Assembly (NCBI GenBank): GCA_036554765.1
Contig: DATBMQ010000126.1
Coordinates: 1-45,564 of the forward strand
DNA from: Steroidobacteraceae bacterium
Lineage (GTDB): Bacteria > Pseudomonadota > Gammaproteobacteria > Steroidobacterales > Steroidobacteraceae
Length of the DNA stretch: 45,564 nucleotides
Reading direction: 5' to 3'
Shown here: positions 16,352 through 25,789 of the stretch, piece after piece
Layout of the letters: each line of letters starts with the position of its first letter
Position numbering within the stretch: the stretch's first letter is position 1
Program-made: the position numbers and the translations under genes
The notes under the pieces: generated by a model
What the model was told of the DNA's origin: nothing
Seen by the model: the letters and a program-made list of their open reading frames with translations, nothing else
The model's database searches: none

Positions 16352-18151
16352 ATGGAGCTGACAGGGTTTGCCGGCCTCTGGCAGGAGCCAGGCGCCGTCC
16401 AGGCAATGCGCCGCCATCTGGCGGCCGCCAGCGGTCAGGGCCCGTCTGCGACGCCCTGTGACTGCCACGCGCCGACGCTGCTCGAGCAGGATGACATAAT
16501 CATCGCGGTCCGCGGGAGCCCGAGCCTGCCACCGCGCGAGCTCCTGCTGGCGTATCGCGAGCGCGATGCCGGACTGCTGCAGTCGCTCACTGGATCATTC
16601 GCGCTGGCGATCGTGGACCGCTCCCGGCGGCGCGTCCTGCTGGCCATCGATCGCATGGGCATCGAGCGCCTGGCCTACAGCGTGCGCGCCGATGGCATCG
16701 TCTTCTCGTCATCGGTCGCCGCCGTCGCGCACTGTCCGGCCGTTGGCGCGGGGCTCAGGTCCCAGGCGCTCTACGAGTTCCTGTTGCTGCACATGGTGCC
16801 CGCGCCGGGGACCGTGTACGAAGGCGTGGACAAGCTGCGCGCCGGGACCTGCGTCATCTACGAGGACGGGCGCGCAAGAACGCAGCGCTACTGGGCGCCG
16901 CGCTTTGCGGCGACCGCCGATGCGCCGTTGCCGGTCCTCGAGGAGGAACTCAGGAACAGCCTGACGGCCGCAGTCGCGGATTGCCACCCCGACGCCAGCA
17001 CGGGCGCTTTTCTGAGCGGCGGCCTGGACAGCTCGACCATCGCCGGATTGCTGGGTGCCGTGTCGTCGCGGCCGCCCAGGACGTTCTCGATCGGTTTCGG
17101 GGTCGCGGCCTATGACGAGATGAAGTACGCCGGCATCGCCAACCGGCACTTTGGCGCGATTGCCAGCGAGTACCAGGTCACGCCGGATGACATCGTCACC
17201 GCGATACCGCTGATCGCCGGCGCCTTTGACGAACCGTTCGGCAACTCCTCGGCGGTCCCGACCTATTTCTGCGCGAAACTGGCTGCGGATGCCGGCGTGA
17301 CGCACCTGCTCGCCGGGGACGGCGGCGACGAACTTTTCGGCGGCAACGAACGGTATGTCCGACAGCGCCTCTTCGAGGCCTATTGGCAGCTGCCGGCGGG
17401 CCTGCGACGCAGCTTGATCGAACCGGTCTCGCGGTGGATCGCCCCCGAGTCGCGGATCATGCCGCTACGCAAGTTCCGCAGCTACGTGGACCAGGCGCGC
17501 ATCCCGATGCCGGAGCGGCTCGAATCCTGGAATCTCGTCTATCGGACCGATCCGGACGTCATGCTGGAACCCGGCTTCCGGCGCGCCATCGATCCGCGCG
17601 CGCCGTTCGCGTCCATGGACGAGGTCTACCGCGGCACGGCGGCCGCGACCCTGCTGGACCGCATGCAGGGATTCGACTGGCAGTACACGCTGTCGGACAA
17701 CGACCTGCGCAAGGTGGGCGTCATGTGCCGGGCCGCGGGCGTGCGCGTCTCGTTCCCGATGCTGGATCAGCGCGTGATCGACCTCTCCCTGCGCGTGCCC
17801 GCCCGCCTCAAGCTCCGGGGCATGAAGCTGCGGACGTTCTACAAGCGCGCCATGGATGGCTTCCTGCCGGCGGCGATCATCGCCAAGACCAAGCACGGGT
17901 TCGGCCTTCCATTCGGGGACTGGCTGCGGACCCACCGCGGCCTGGCCGACCTGGTCTACGGGTTGCTGGCCGACCTGAAGCGGCGGCACATCGTGCGCGG
18001 TGCGTTCGTGGACGAACTGATCGACGGCCACCGCACGGGGCATGCGTCGTACTTCGGCTACGCGATCTGGGACCTGGCCATGCTCGAGGCGTGGCTGCAG
18101 CAGCAGGCGATGCGGGGTGCGGCGGACCCTAGACCTGCGGACAGGGAATGA
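16352..18151 (+). CDS. Asparagine synthase family protein lacking the N-terminal catalytic cysteine (degenerate amidotransferase domain, intact synthetase domain)
   Basis: 599-aa ORF. The N-terminus is MELTGFAGLW instead of MCGxxG, and no RGPD or RRLSIID motifs are present. The synthetase PP-loop FLSGGLDSST and GDGGDELFGG are intact. Confidence 0.85.
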   Translation: MELTGFAGLWQEPGAVQAMRRHLAAASGQGPSATPCDCHAPTLLEQDDIIIAVRGSPSLPPRELLLAYRERDAGLLQSLTGSFALAIVDRSRRRVLLAIDRMGIERLAYSVRADGIVFSSSVAAVAHCPAVGAGLRSQALYEFLLLHMVPAPGTVYEGVDKLRAGTCVIYEDGRARTQRYWAPRFAATADAPLPVLEEELRNSLTAAVADCHPDASTGAFLSGGLDSSTIAGLLGAVSSRPPRTFSIGFGVAAYDEMKYAGIANRHFGAIASEYQVTPDDIVTAIPLIAGAFDEPFGNSSAVPTYFCAKLAADAGVTHLLAGDGGDELFGGNERYVRQRLFEAYWQLPAGLRRSLIEPVSRWIAPESRIMPLRKFRSYVDQARIPMPERLESWNLVYRTDPDVMLEPGFRRAIDPRAPFASMDEVYRGTAAATLLDRMQGFDWQYTLSDNDLRKVGVMCRAAGVRVSFPMLDQRVIDLSLRVPARLKLRGMKLRTFYKRAMDGFLPAAIIAKTKHGFGLPFGDWLRTHRGLADLVYGLLADLKRRHIVRGAFVDELIDGHRTGHASYFGYAIWDLAMLEAWLQQQAMRGAADPRPADRE

Positions 18152-19331
18152 AGTCCTTCGAAAAGATGACCTGGTCGTAGCGGTGCCAGAACTCCGAGTT
18201 GTTCAGGTTGTTGTTGTAGGTCGAGAGCAGCAGTCCATTCCATCCCCGGCGCATCGAATCGCCGGTGTCGTAGTCCGTCGCGTAGATGACGTCCCAGATC
18301 TTCGTATACGAGGTCTCACCCTGGTGGGCCGCGTAAACGACGATCCGGTTCTCGCGGACATTGGCGCGGCCTGGTGTCACGTGATACATCAAGGTGTCCC
18401 AGCCGCCCGAGAATCGCCAGCAGTACTGGCGCAGACTCGACGTGTAGACGTCGCAGTACTGGTTCGCGCCGTAGTTCGCCAGATCCGAGCCTTGCTGCTG
18501 GCCCGGGCGGCCCAGCGAATCCAGGTCCTCGAGCGGCGGGCTGCCGGCCACGTACATGCGGTGGTAATTGGGCCCACCGGCGACCGGGAATGCGCCTGAG
18601 TACGTGACGATCTCCTGCGCGGTCAGGGAGAAGCGCGTCGTCGTCAGGAACACCAGCTTGCCGACCTGGGAATTGCCGGCGGTCGTCCGGCGCGGATCCT
18701 GCTTGACCCGCAACTGCACGTAGAACTGGGTTCCGTCGAACGCGGTACCCGTGTGGTACGAGGAATGCCCGTACCAGCCGGGACGATTCGTGAATATCCA
18801 GTCCCAGGTCTGGCTGCCGCCATCCGTGGCCACGTAGTTCTGCGGTGGAAGCGTGCCGTTGGCGCCGGGATCATTGACGCCGCGCCCGTTGCCGGCACCG
18901 ACGACCGGGCTGAAAGGCCGCCACCAGTGACCCACCGAATCACTGGTGCCGGCTGGACGCAGGATCTCGAGGCAGCCGCCGCCGGTCACGCCATCGGTCG
19001 CGATGCGCCGGCACCGCGCCGCGCCATTGCCGCGCGCCAGCGGGTCATTGCCGCCGGAGTAACCGGAGGTCCAGCGAAAGGCATTGACCTCGGCATCGCT
19101 GCGAAAGTCATTGAACCAGACCACACCCGGCTGCGGGAATGCGGGATTCTGTCCGGTCCGCAGCAGCCAGTCCGCCTCGGCATTGCCCACGACGCAGGCC
19201 GTGTTCTGCGACTGCCCGCCGTCCACGCCGAATGTCGGCGGCGGACAGGGGCGCGACTGGGCGCGCAGGAAACCCGGCAGCAGCGAACCCGCCAGGCCGG
19301 CGGATGCAATCAGCACGTCTCTGCGTTTCAC
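18129..19331 (-). CDS. Tat-signal periplasmic/secreted protein of unknown function
   Basis: 400-aa ORF with a GTG start and GGAG 8 nt upstream. The N-terminus MKRRDVLIASAGLAGSLLPGFLRAQS shows the twin-arginine pattern. The mature part is Gly/Trp/Tyr/Asn-rich and I recognise no motif. Its 3' end overlaps the convergent AsnB-like gene by 23 nt. Confidence 0.65.
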   Translation of the reverse strand: MKRRDVLIASAGLAGSLLPGFLRAQSRPCPPPTFGVDGGQSQNTACVVGNAEADWLLRTGQNPAFPQPGVVWFNDFRSDAEVNAFRWTSGYSGGNDPLARGNGAARCRRIATDGVTGGGCLEILRPAGTSDSVGHWWRPFSPVVGAGNGRGVNDPGANGTLPPQNYVATDGGSQTWDWIFTNRPGWYGHSSYHTGTAFDGTQFYVQLRVKQDPRRTTAGNSQVGKLVFLTTTRFSLTAQEIVTYSGAFPVAGGPNYHRMYVAGSPPLEDLDSLGRPGQQQGSDLANYGANQYCDVYTSSLRQYCWRFSGGWDTLMYHVTPGRANVRENRIVVYAAHQGETSYTKIWDVIYATDYDTGDSMRRGWNGLLLSTYNNNLNNSEFWHRYDQVIFSKDFIPCPQV

Positions 19332-19433
19332 TCGGGCTTCTCCATGCGGGGACCGGAATCAGGCACTAGTTATCAGCGTTTTCCGTCGACTGCCGATTGC
19401 GCGCGTCGCAAATCACAGACATCGCGCGCGATG

Positions 19434-20423
19434 TCACGGCACCAGATCGGGGCGTCGCTGCGTCTGCGCGCGCAACAGCCCCAATCCGAATCTCAGCGCA
19501 TTGCGGCCCCATGGTGCCACCCTTGGGACTTGAAGTGGGTCACAGTTCCGCGTGCAGACACCCGTGGCCGTTGAAACGCCGACCTCGAAGCCCGCGTTCC
19601 GCACCATCTCGACGTGGCGCCGGCCGTAGTCGCGATTCGGCCTGCCGTTGGGATAGGCAAATGCGCGGACCGGGGCGCCCTGCAGCGCCTCCAGGGTCGC
19701 CTTGCCGTCCAGTATCTCCCGGCGCGCAACGTCGTCGGGCAGCCGGCACAGTATCGGATGGGTCACGGTGTGTGCGCCGATCGCCATGCCCTTGTCCGCG
19801 AGCCGCCGGATGTCCTGCGACTGCATCATCAGCGGCGCTGCCGGCGTCCATCCGGCCACGGCCGCAATCCGCCGCGACTGCCGCAGTCGCTCGTCCGCGT
19901 CCAGGTACTTGAGCTTGCCGAGCAGCTGGTCGACCGCCAGGCGTCTGGCCGGCCAGTCCGGCAGCTCCAGCACGCCATGACCCAGCTCCCGCAGGTCGAG
20001 CGCCGGGCCCGCAGCGCGTACCGACTCGATCACGATGTCGTTCCACATCGTGTTGCCGTCCAGGAAACCGGTGGTGACGAAAAACGTCGCGGTCATGCCG
20101 CGCGCGCCCAGGATCGGCGCGGCGACCTCGCAGTTGTTGAGATAGCCATCATCGAAGGTGATCGCGGCACAACGCGCCGGCAGCGTCCGGTGCCGCAGCC
20201 GCGCGACGGCGTCCGCCAGGTCCACGATCCGGAACTGGTCGCCCAGGACATCCAGCAGGGCGGCGAACCGCGCGGCGTCCGGCTCGTCCGGCAGCAGGGG
20301 ATCGTGGTCGGCCAGCACCCGGTGAAACGTCAGCACCAGCAGCGATGCCCGCGAACCGGCGGGCGACAGCGCCGCCGCGGCGGCACGCAGCAGGCCGGCG
20401 GGCAGGCCGGGCAGCCGCTTCAC
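19434..20423 (-). CDS. Polysaccharide deacetylase (NodB homology domain)
   Basis: 329-aa ORF. The GTG start overlaps the upstream stop (GTGA). NodB motifs are ITFDDGY (Asp-Asp) and GAHTVTHP (HxxxH). Confidence 0.8.
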   Translation of the reverse strand: MKRLPGLPAGLLRAAAAALSPAGSRASLLVLTFHRVLADHDPLLPDEPDAARFAALLDVLGDQFRIVDLADAVARLRHRTLPARCAAITFDDGYLNNCEVAAPILGARGMTATFFVTTGFLDGNTMWNDIVIESVRAAGPALDLRELGHGVLELPDWPARRLAVDQLLGKLKYLDADERLRQSRRIAAVAGWTPAAPLMMQSQDIRRLADKGMAIGAHTVTHPILCRLPDDVARREILDGKATLEALQGAPVRAFAYPNGRPNRDYGRRHVEMVRNAGFEVGVSTATGVCTRNCDPLQVPRVAPWGRNALRFGLGLLRAQTQRRPDLVP

Positions 20424-21622
20424 GCGCGCACTCCAGCCAGTACCCGGCGGTAGGGATCGGCATAGCCGCGGACCGATCCCGGCCAGCTGCGTCGCGTGCG
20501 GACGAACTGCATGCCCTCATCCGCCAGGCGCGCGGCCAGCGCGCCATCCTCCAGCACGCGGCCGACGGCCTCGGCCAGCGCCTGCGCATCGCCGGCCGCG
20601 AACAGGATGCCGGTGCGGCCGTGCTCGACGAGTTCGCGGTGGCCCCCGACGTCGGACGCGATCAGCGGCTTTCCCATGGCCATCGCCTCGAGCGGCTTCA
20701 GGGGCGTGACCAGCTCGGTCAGGCGCATGCGCAATCGCGGAAATACCAGCAGGTCGACTGCCGCATAGGCCTCGGCGATCGTGTCATGCGGCAGCGCTCC
20801 GGCAAACACCACGCTGGATGTCACGCCGAGCCTGGCCGCCTGCTGCCGCAGGCCCGTTTCCTCGAGGCCGCCGCCGACCAGCAGCACGGCGACGTCCTGG
20901 CGCCGGCGCAGGATCGCCGGCAGAGCCTCGAGCAGCAGTCCAAGTCCCTCCCAGGCAAAGAAAGACCCGATGAAGCCGATGACCGTGCGGCCCTGGAGCC
21001 CCCAGCGCGTCTTGGCGGATTCAGCGGCGATCGCCGGCGGCCGGAACTGCCCGGCATCCACGGCATTCGGGATCACGGTAATGCGATCCTCCGGCACCCC
21101 GCGAGCGCGCACGTCGCGCCGCAGCCCCTCGCAGATCACCGTGACCGCCTGCGCCCGGCGCAGCACGAAGTTCTCGAGCCATCGCGACGCGCGGTAGCGC
21201 CAGCTGCCTTCCGTGGTGACACCGGAACTCACGGCGGCGTCCTCCCAGGAAGACCGCATCTCGTAGACCACTGGCTTGCCGAGACCGAGCGCCGCCAGGC
21301 CGTTCAGGCACGGCGAATGAGCGTGGATCAGGTCAGGCTGCTCCGACGCGATCAAGCCACGCAGGCTCCGGCGCAGCCGGCACACGACCTCCAGTGGCGC
21401 ACCCAGCGGCAGCGCTGCAAGCCGCCCGCTGCGGCCCGCGGTCCGGCGGTACTCGATGCCGTCCATCGTTTCGGTCGCGGCCGCCGACGCGCCCTGCTTT
21501 GGCCCGGTCAACTGCACGGTCTCCCAGCCCATCCTTCGCTGCTCGCGGATGATGGCGGCCGAGCGGAATGCATAGCCGCTCTGCACCGGCAGCGAATGGT
21601 CGAGGACGTGCAGGACTTTCAT
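20420..21622 (-). CDS. GT-B glycosyltransferase, PEP-CTERM/XrtA-associated type (Daro_2409-like N-terminus)
   Basis: ATG 21622 overlaps the upstream stop (ATGA). The N-terminus is MKVLHVLDHSLPVQSGYAFRSAAIIREQRRMGWETV. The C-terminal half has the GT4 pattern PLKPLEAMAMGKPLIASDVGGHRELV. Confidence 0.75.
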   Translation of the reverse strand: MKVLHVLDHSLPVQSGYAFRSAAIIREQRRMGWETVQLTGPKQGASAAATETMDGIEYRRTAGRSGRLAALPLGAPLEVVCRLRRSLRGLIASEQPDLIHAHSPCLNGLAALGLGKPVVYEMRSSWEDAAVSSGVTTEGSWRYRASRWLENFVLRRAQAVTVICEGLRRDVRARGVPEDRITVIPNAVDAGQFRPPAIAAESAKTRWGLQGRTVIGFIGSFFAWEGLGLLLEALPAILRRRQDVAVLLVGGGLEETGLRQQAARLGVTSSVVFAGALPHDTIAEAYAAVDLLVFPRLRMRLTELVTPLKPLEAMAMGKPLIASDVGGHRELVEHGRTGILFAAGDAQALAEAVGRVLEDGALAARLADEGMQFVRTRRSWPGSVRGYADPYRRVLAGVRA

Positions 21623-22758
21623 GCGCGACCCGCCGCGGCGACCGACTCCAGCAGCGACACCTGCTGCCTCACCGGATCTTCCCAGCCGAAGCGCTCCGCG
21701 TGGCGGCGCACGGCCGCACGCTCCGGCGGTGCGCGCAGCAGCCCGGCACACGCCGCCGCAAGCGCCTCAGGGGTGCGCTGCGCCACCACCGATCCGGCCG
21801 CCGGCGCCGTGACGATCTCGGGCACGCCACCGACGGCGCTCGCCACGACCGGCGTGCCACAGGCCAGGCTCTCGAGCAGCACGTTCGGCATGCCTTCGCG
21901 GCTCGACGACAGCAGGCACAGGTCTGCCGCCGAGTAGTAGCGCACCAGCAGGTCCTGCGGAACAGGGGCGACCCAGCGCACGCGATCCGTGACGCCGAGC
22001 GCCGCCGCCAGCTGTTCCAGGTTCGCCTGCTGCGGCCCGGCGCCGATGATCACGAGCCGCGCGGCCGGCAGCCGCGCCAGCGCGCGAATCGCGAGGTCAT
22101 GGCCCTTCTCCGGCACCAGGTTGCCGACCGCGAGCAGCACTGGCCCGGACAAACCGAGTGGCGCTCTCGCGGCGTCACGATCGAGCGGGCGGAATCGCTC
22201 GAGATCCACGCCATTGCGCAGTACCGTGATCTTGCCCGGCGGCAGTCCCCTGGCCACCATCGCATCGCGCAGGGCCTCGGAGACCGCGACCATTGCGGCG
22301 CAGCGGCGCGCCGCCCAGCGGATCCAGGCCCCCGCGACCGGCTCGCGCGCCGCAACATTGATGTCGGACCCGCGCGCCGTGACGACGGCCGGCTTGCCAA
22401 ACCGGCGCGCGAGCCGCACGCCGGCGACGCCGTCCGGGTAGAAATAGTGTGCGTCCAGCACGTCGAATTCGCCCAGGCGCCCGATGTGCTCCGCGACCGC
22501 CTCGCGTGCGCAATGCACCAGCAGCAGGGGGTTGACCCAGCTGGTGACCGCCCGGATGGCGGGGAAGCCGACGTAGGTCACCGGCAGCCCGTACCGTTCG
22601 GCCATCCGGTTGCGCCGCGCTCCCGCCACCGGCACCACGACCGAGGCCGTGACGCGCCCGGTGGCCACCAGTCGCCGCAGGCGCTCCTCGACGAAGATGC
22701 CATGGCGCGGCCGCTCATCGCTGGGATACAGGTTCGTGAATGTCAGCAGCCGGATCAT
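21619..22758 (-). CDS. GT-B glycosyltransferase (group 1/GT4)
   Basis: ATG 22758 overlaps the upstream stop (ATGA). The N-terminus is MIRLLTFTNLYPSDERPRHGIFVEERL. The C-terminal part has SSREGMPNVLLESLACGTPVVASAVGGVPEIV. Confidence 0.75.
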   Translation of the reverse strand: MIRLLTFTNLYPSDERPRHGIFVEERLRRLVATGRVTASVVVPVAGARRNRMAERYGLPVTYVGFPAIRAVTSWVNPLLLVHCAREAVAEHIGRLGEFDVLDAHYFYPDGVAGVRLARRFGKPAVVTARGSDINVAAREPVAGAWIRWAARRCAAMVAVSEALRDAMVARGLPPGKITVLRNGVDLERFRPLDRDAARAPLGLSGPVLLAVGNLVPEKGHDLAIRALARLPAARLVIIGAGPQQANLEQLAAALGVTDRVRWVAPVPQDLLVRYYSAADLCLLSSSREGMPNVLLESLACGTPVVASAVGGVPEIVTAPAAGSVVAQRTPEALAAACAGLLRAPPERAAVRRHAERFGWEDPVRQQVSLLESVAAAGRA

Positions 22759-24653
22759 GCCGCATGCTTGCGCAGGAAACCGTCGAACATCAGCAGCGTC
22801 CACAACGGCGCACTGTGGTCCCTGCGCCCGGACGCGTGGTCGTCGACGAGCCGCCTGAGCATGCCCGGTTCGAACATCCCGGTCGCGGTCAGCCGGTCGC
22901 CGACCACCACTTCCCGCATGCGCTCGTTCAGCGAGTGGCGGAACCAGACGTCCAGCGGCACTGCGAAACCCATCTTGGTGCGGAACAGCACCGACTCCGG
23001 CAGCAACGGCCGCAACGCCTCTTTCAGGACGTACTTCCCGGCCCCGCGCCGCAGCTTCACGGACGACGGCAGCGCGGCCGCCCACTCGACGAACTCATAG
23101 TCCAGGAACGGCGTGCGCACCTCGAGGCTGTGCGCCATGCTGGCGCGGTCGACCTTGGTCAGGATGTCGCCCGGCAGGTAGGTCTTGTAGTCGAGGTATT
23201 GCACCAGCGCGAGCCCGTCGTCGAACGATTTCCCGTCCAGGTGCGCGCGGAACACTTCGCCGGCGTCGTAGCCCTGGAGCTCGCGCCGCAATGCGGGCGC
23301 GAAGAGCGCCGCCCGCATCTCGCGCGGGCAGATGGAAACGCCGTGCAGGTAGGCTTCCGCCGAGTCGCGGGCCAGCGCCTGGAAGGTCGTCTTGCCGCGC
23401 AGGAAACGCGGCGCGCGGTCGAGCTTGGGGTACCAGCGGCCCAGCGGACCGAACACGGCGCGGCGCAGCGGCGCGGGCAGCAGCCGCCTCACCGCCTCCT
23501 CCGCCGCGAACAGGCGGTAGCGCCGATATCCCAGGAAGTCCTCGTCGCCCCCGTCCCCGGACAACGCCACCGTGACATGCCGCCGCGCCAGTTCGCAGAC
23601 GCGGTAGGTCGGTATCGCCGAGCTGTCCGCGTAGGGCTCGTCGTATACGCCCGCCAGCCGGTCCAGCAGGCTGTAGTCGGAGGCCTCGACGACCTCGGTC
23701 TTGTGGTCCGTGCGCTTCTCGCGCGCCACCAGCGCGGCGAAAGCGGACTCGTCGTAGCGCGGCTCGCGGAAGCCGATCGAGCAGGTCAGGATCGGGCCGC
23801 TGCCGACCTCGCGCATCATGGCGACGACGGCGCTCGAGTCGATGCCCCCCGACAGGAAGGCGCCCAGCGGCACGTCCGACATCAGGCGCTTGCGCACCGA
23901 TTCCTGCAGTCGCTCGCGCAGCTCCGACTTCCATTGCGGCAGCGAACCCCCGGCGTGGCGCGCACCGGCGAGCGGCACGTCCCAGTAGCGCACCGGGCGC
24001 GGGTCGCGCTGACCCCGTTTCACGCTCAGGTAACAACCGGGCTCGAGCTTGCGCACGCTCGCATAGATCGTCTTCGGGTCGGGCACGTAGCCGAAGGCGA
24101 AGTATTCCTCGACCGCCTGCGGGTCGATCTGGCGCGCGATGCCCGGGTGAGCGAGCAGCGCCTTCAGCTCAGAGGCGAAGGCGAGCGTGCCGTCCGGCAG
24201 CAGCGCGTAGTGCAGCGGCTTCACGCCGAGCCGGTCCCGCACCAGGAAGAGCTGTTGCCGGTTACGGTCCCAGATCGCGTACGCAAACATGCCGTTGAAG
24301 CGGCGCACGCTCTGCTCGCCCCACTCCTCCCAGGCGTGCACCAGGACTTCGGTGTCGCAGCGCGTGCGGAAGGTGTGCCCCCGCGCGATCAGCTCGCGCT
24401 CGATTTCCTGGTAATTGAAGATCTCGCCGTTGTAGCTGACGAGTACCGAGCCATCCTCGTTGTAAAGCGGCTGCTTGCCGCCCTCCAGGTCGATGATGGA
24501 CAGGCGGCGATGGCCGATGCCGACGCCGGGCTCGAAATGGAAGCCGTCGCCGTCCGGGCCCCGATGGGCGATCGCGCCATTCATCCGGCGCACCAGCGCT
24601 TCGTCGATCGGGCGCTGCCCGGTGAGGTCCACGATGCCGCTGATGCCGCACAT
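22755..24653 (-). CDS. Asparagine synthase family amidotransferase, XrtA/PEP-CTERM system type
   Basis: This is the real gene inside the 935-aa track ORF. ATG 24653 gives MCGISGIVDL. Motifs: HRGPDGDG, HRRLSIIDL, YNGEIFNY and the PP-loop AFLSGGIDSSAV. Confidence 0.9.
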   Translation of the reverse strand: MCGISGIVDLTGQRPIDEALVRRMNGAIAHRGPDGDGFHFEPGVGIGHRRLSIIDLEGGKQPLYNEDGSVLVSYNGEIFNYQEIERELIARGHTFRTRCDTEVLVHAWEEWGEQSVRRFNGMFAYAIWDRNRQQLFLVRDRLGVKPLHYALLPDGTLAFASELKALLAHPGIARQIDPQAVEEYFAFGYVPDPKTIYASVRKLEPGCYLSVKRGQRDPRPVRYWDVPLAGARHAGGSLPQWKSELRERLQESVRKRLMSDVPLGAFLSGGIDSSAVVAMMREVGSGPILTCSIGFREPRYDESAFAALVAREKRTDHKTEVVEASDYSLLDRLAGVYDEPYADSSAIPTYRVCELARRHVTVALSGDGGDEDFLGYRRYRLFAAEEAVRRLLPAPLRRAVFGPLGRWYPKLDRAPRFLRGKTTFQALARDSAEAYLHGVSICPREMRAALFAPALRRELQGYDAGEVFRAHLDGKSFDDGLALVQYLDYKTYLPGDILTKVDRASMAHSLEVRTPFLDYEFVEWAAALPSSVKLRRGAGKYVLKEALRPLLPESVLFRTKMGFAVPLDVWFRHSLNERMREVVVGDRLTATGMFEPGMLRRLVDDHASGRRDHSAPLWTLLMFDGFLRKHAA

Positions 24654-25789
24654 CAGCGCGCCGCTCCCTGCACCGCCTCGGCGTACAGCAGCCGGTAGTC
24701 CTTGAGCATGCGCGTCAGCGAATACTCGGACTCGGCGCGCACGCGCGAGGCCCGGCCCTGTTCGCGGCGCAGCTGCGCGTCCTCGGCATAGGCGACGATC
24801 GCCTGCGACAGCGCGTTGCTGTCGCCGGTCGGCACCAGCCGGCCGTTCACGTTGGCCGCGATGAGCTCGAGATTCCCGCCGGTCGCCGTGGCAATAACCG
24901 GCAGCCCGCTCGCCATCGCCTCGAGGACGGTATTCGAGATGCCCTCGCGCTGCGAGCCGAGCACGAAAACGTCCAGCGCGCGCAGGAAGTCCGGGATATC
25001 GTTGCGGGCGCCGGGCATGAAGACCGCCGCCGCCGCCCGGTCCGCGACCAGCAGTTTCAATGCCTGGGCACGCAGCGGACCGTCGCCGGCGACCATCAGC
25101 CTGAGATCCACGCGCCGCCCGGCGAGTTCCCGGCGCGCCTTCAGGAATGCCCGCACCAGGTTGAGCGGATCCTTGATCGGCTCGAATCGCAGGACGCTGC
25201 CGACCACGACGATGTTGCCGCGGTCCGCGCGCGCGGCCGGTGCCGGCCGGAACCGCTGGGTGTCGACGCCGTTGCAGATGTGCCAGACCTTGGCGGGCGC
25301 GATGCCGACCTGCGTCAGCAGCCATTGCTGCAGGTCGCGCGAGACGGTGACGAACTGGTGGATGAACGGGTTCAGGAGCTTGCGCAATACCCGGTATTTC
25401 CACACTTTTCCATCCGGATCGTGGACGTCCCAGCCATGCTCGCCGTGGATCCGGTACGGCACGCCGGCCAGCGCCGCGACCGCCGCGCACTCGAGCGTGC
25501 CGAGGTTGCGCGTGTGCACGATCGCCGGGCGCAACTGCCGCAGCAGGCGATACAGCCGCCAATAGGCGGCCGGGTCCTTGCCGGGACGCTTGCCGAGCGC
25601 GTGCACGGCGACGTCGCTGCGACCGATGCGCTCGCGGAAATCACTCGCCTCCGTCAGGGCGATCACCGCGTGGCGGAACTCGTTCTCGGGCAGGCCATTG
25701 ATCAGGTTCACGACGCCGTTCTCGAGCCCGCCGATGTCGAAGCGGAACACGACGTGCGCGATCAGCGGCCGCCGGTCGCCGTCGTTCAT
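24653..25789 (-). CDS. Sugar transferase, PEP-CTERM/EpsH1 (XrtA) system-associated GT-B type
   Basis: ATG 25789 overlaps the upstream stop (ATGA). MNDGDRRPLIAHVVFRFDIGGLENGVVNLINGLP is the hallmark N-terminus of this family. The C-terminal part has SQREGISNTVLEAMASGLPVIATATGGNLELI. Confidence 0.8.
   Translation of the reverse strand: MNDGDRRPLIAHVVFRFDIGGLENGVVNLINGLPENEFRHAVIALTEASDFRERIGRSDVAVHALGKRPGKDPAAYWRLYRLLRQLRPAIVHTRNLGTLECAAVAALAGVPYRIHGEHGWDVHDPDGKVWKYRVLRKLLNPFIHQFVTVSRDLQQWLLTQVGIAPAKVWHICNGVDTQRFRPAPAARADRGNIVVVGSVLRFEPIKDPLNLVRAFLKARRELAGRRVDLRLMVAGDGPLRAQALKLLVADRAAAAVFMPGARNDIPDFLRALDVFVLGSQREGISNTVLEAMASGLPVIATATGGNLELIAANVNGRLVPTGDSNALSQAIVAYAEDAQLRREQGRASRVRAESEYSLTRMLKDYRLLYAEAVQGAAR

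Noticed and set aside
19421-19432. Perfect 12-bp palindrome ATCGCGCGCGAT next to the NodB deacetylase stop, and the nearby TTGCG-cgcgt-CGCAA
   Set aside because: Short alternating CG palindromes are expected by chance in DNA this GC-rich. There is no U-tract, and I cannot argue conservation from this window alone.
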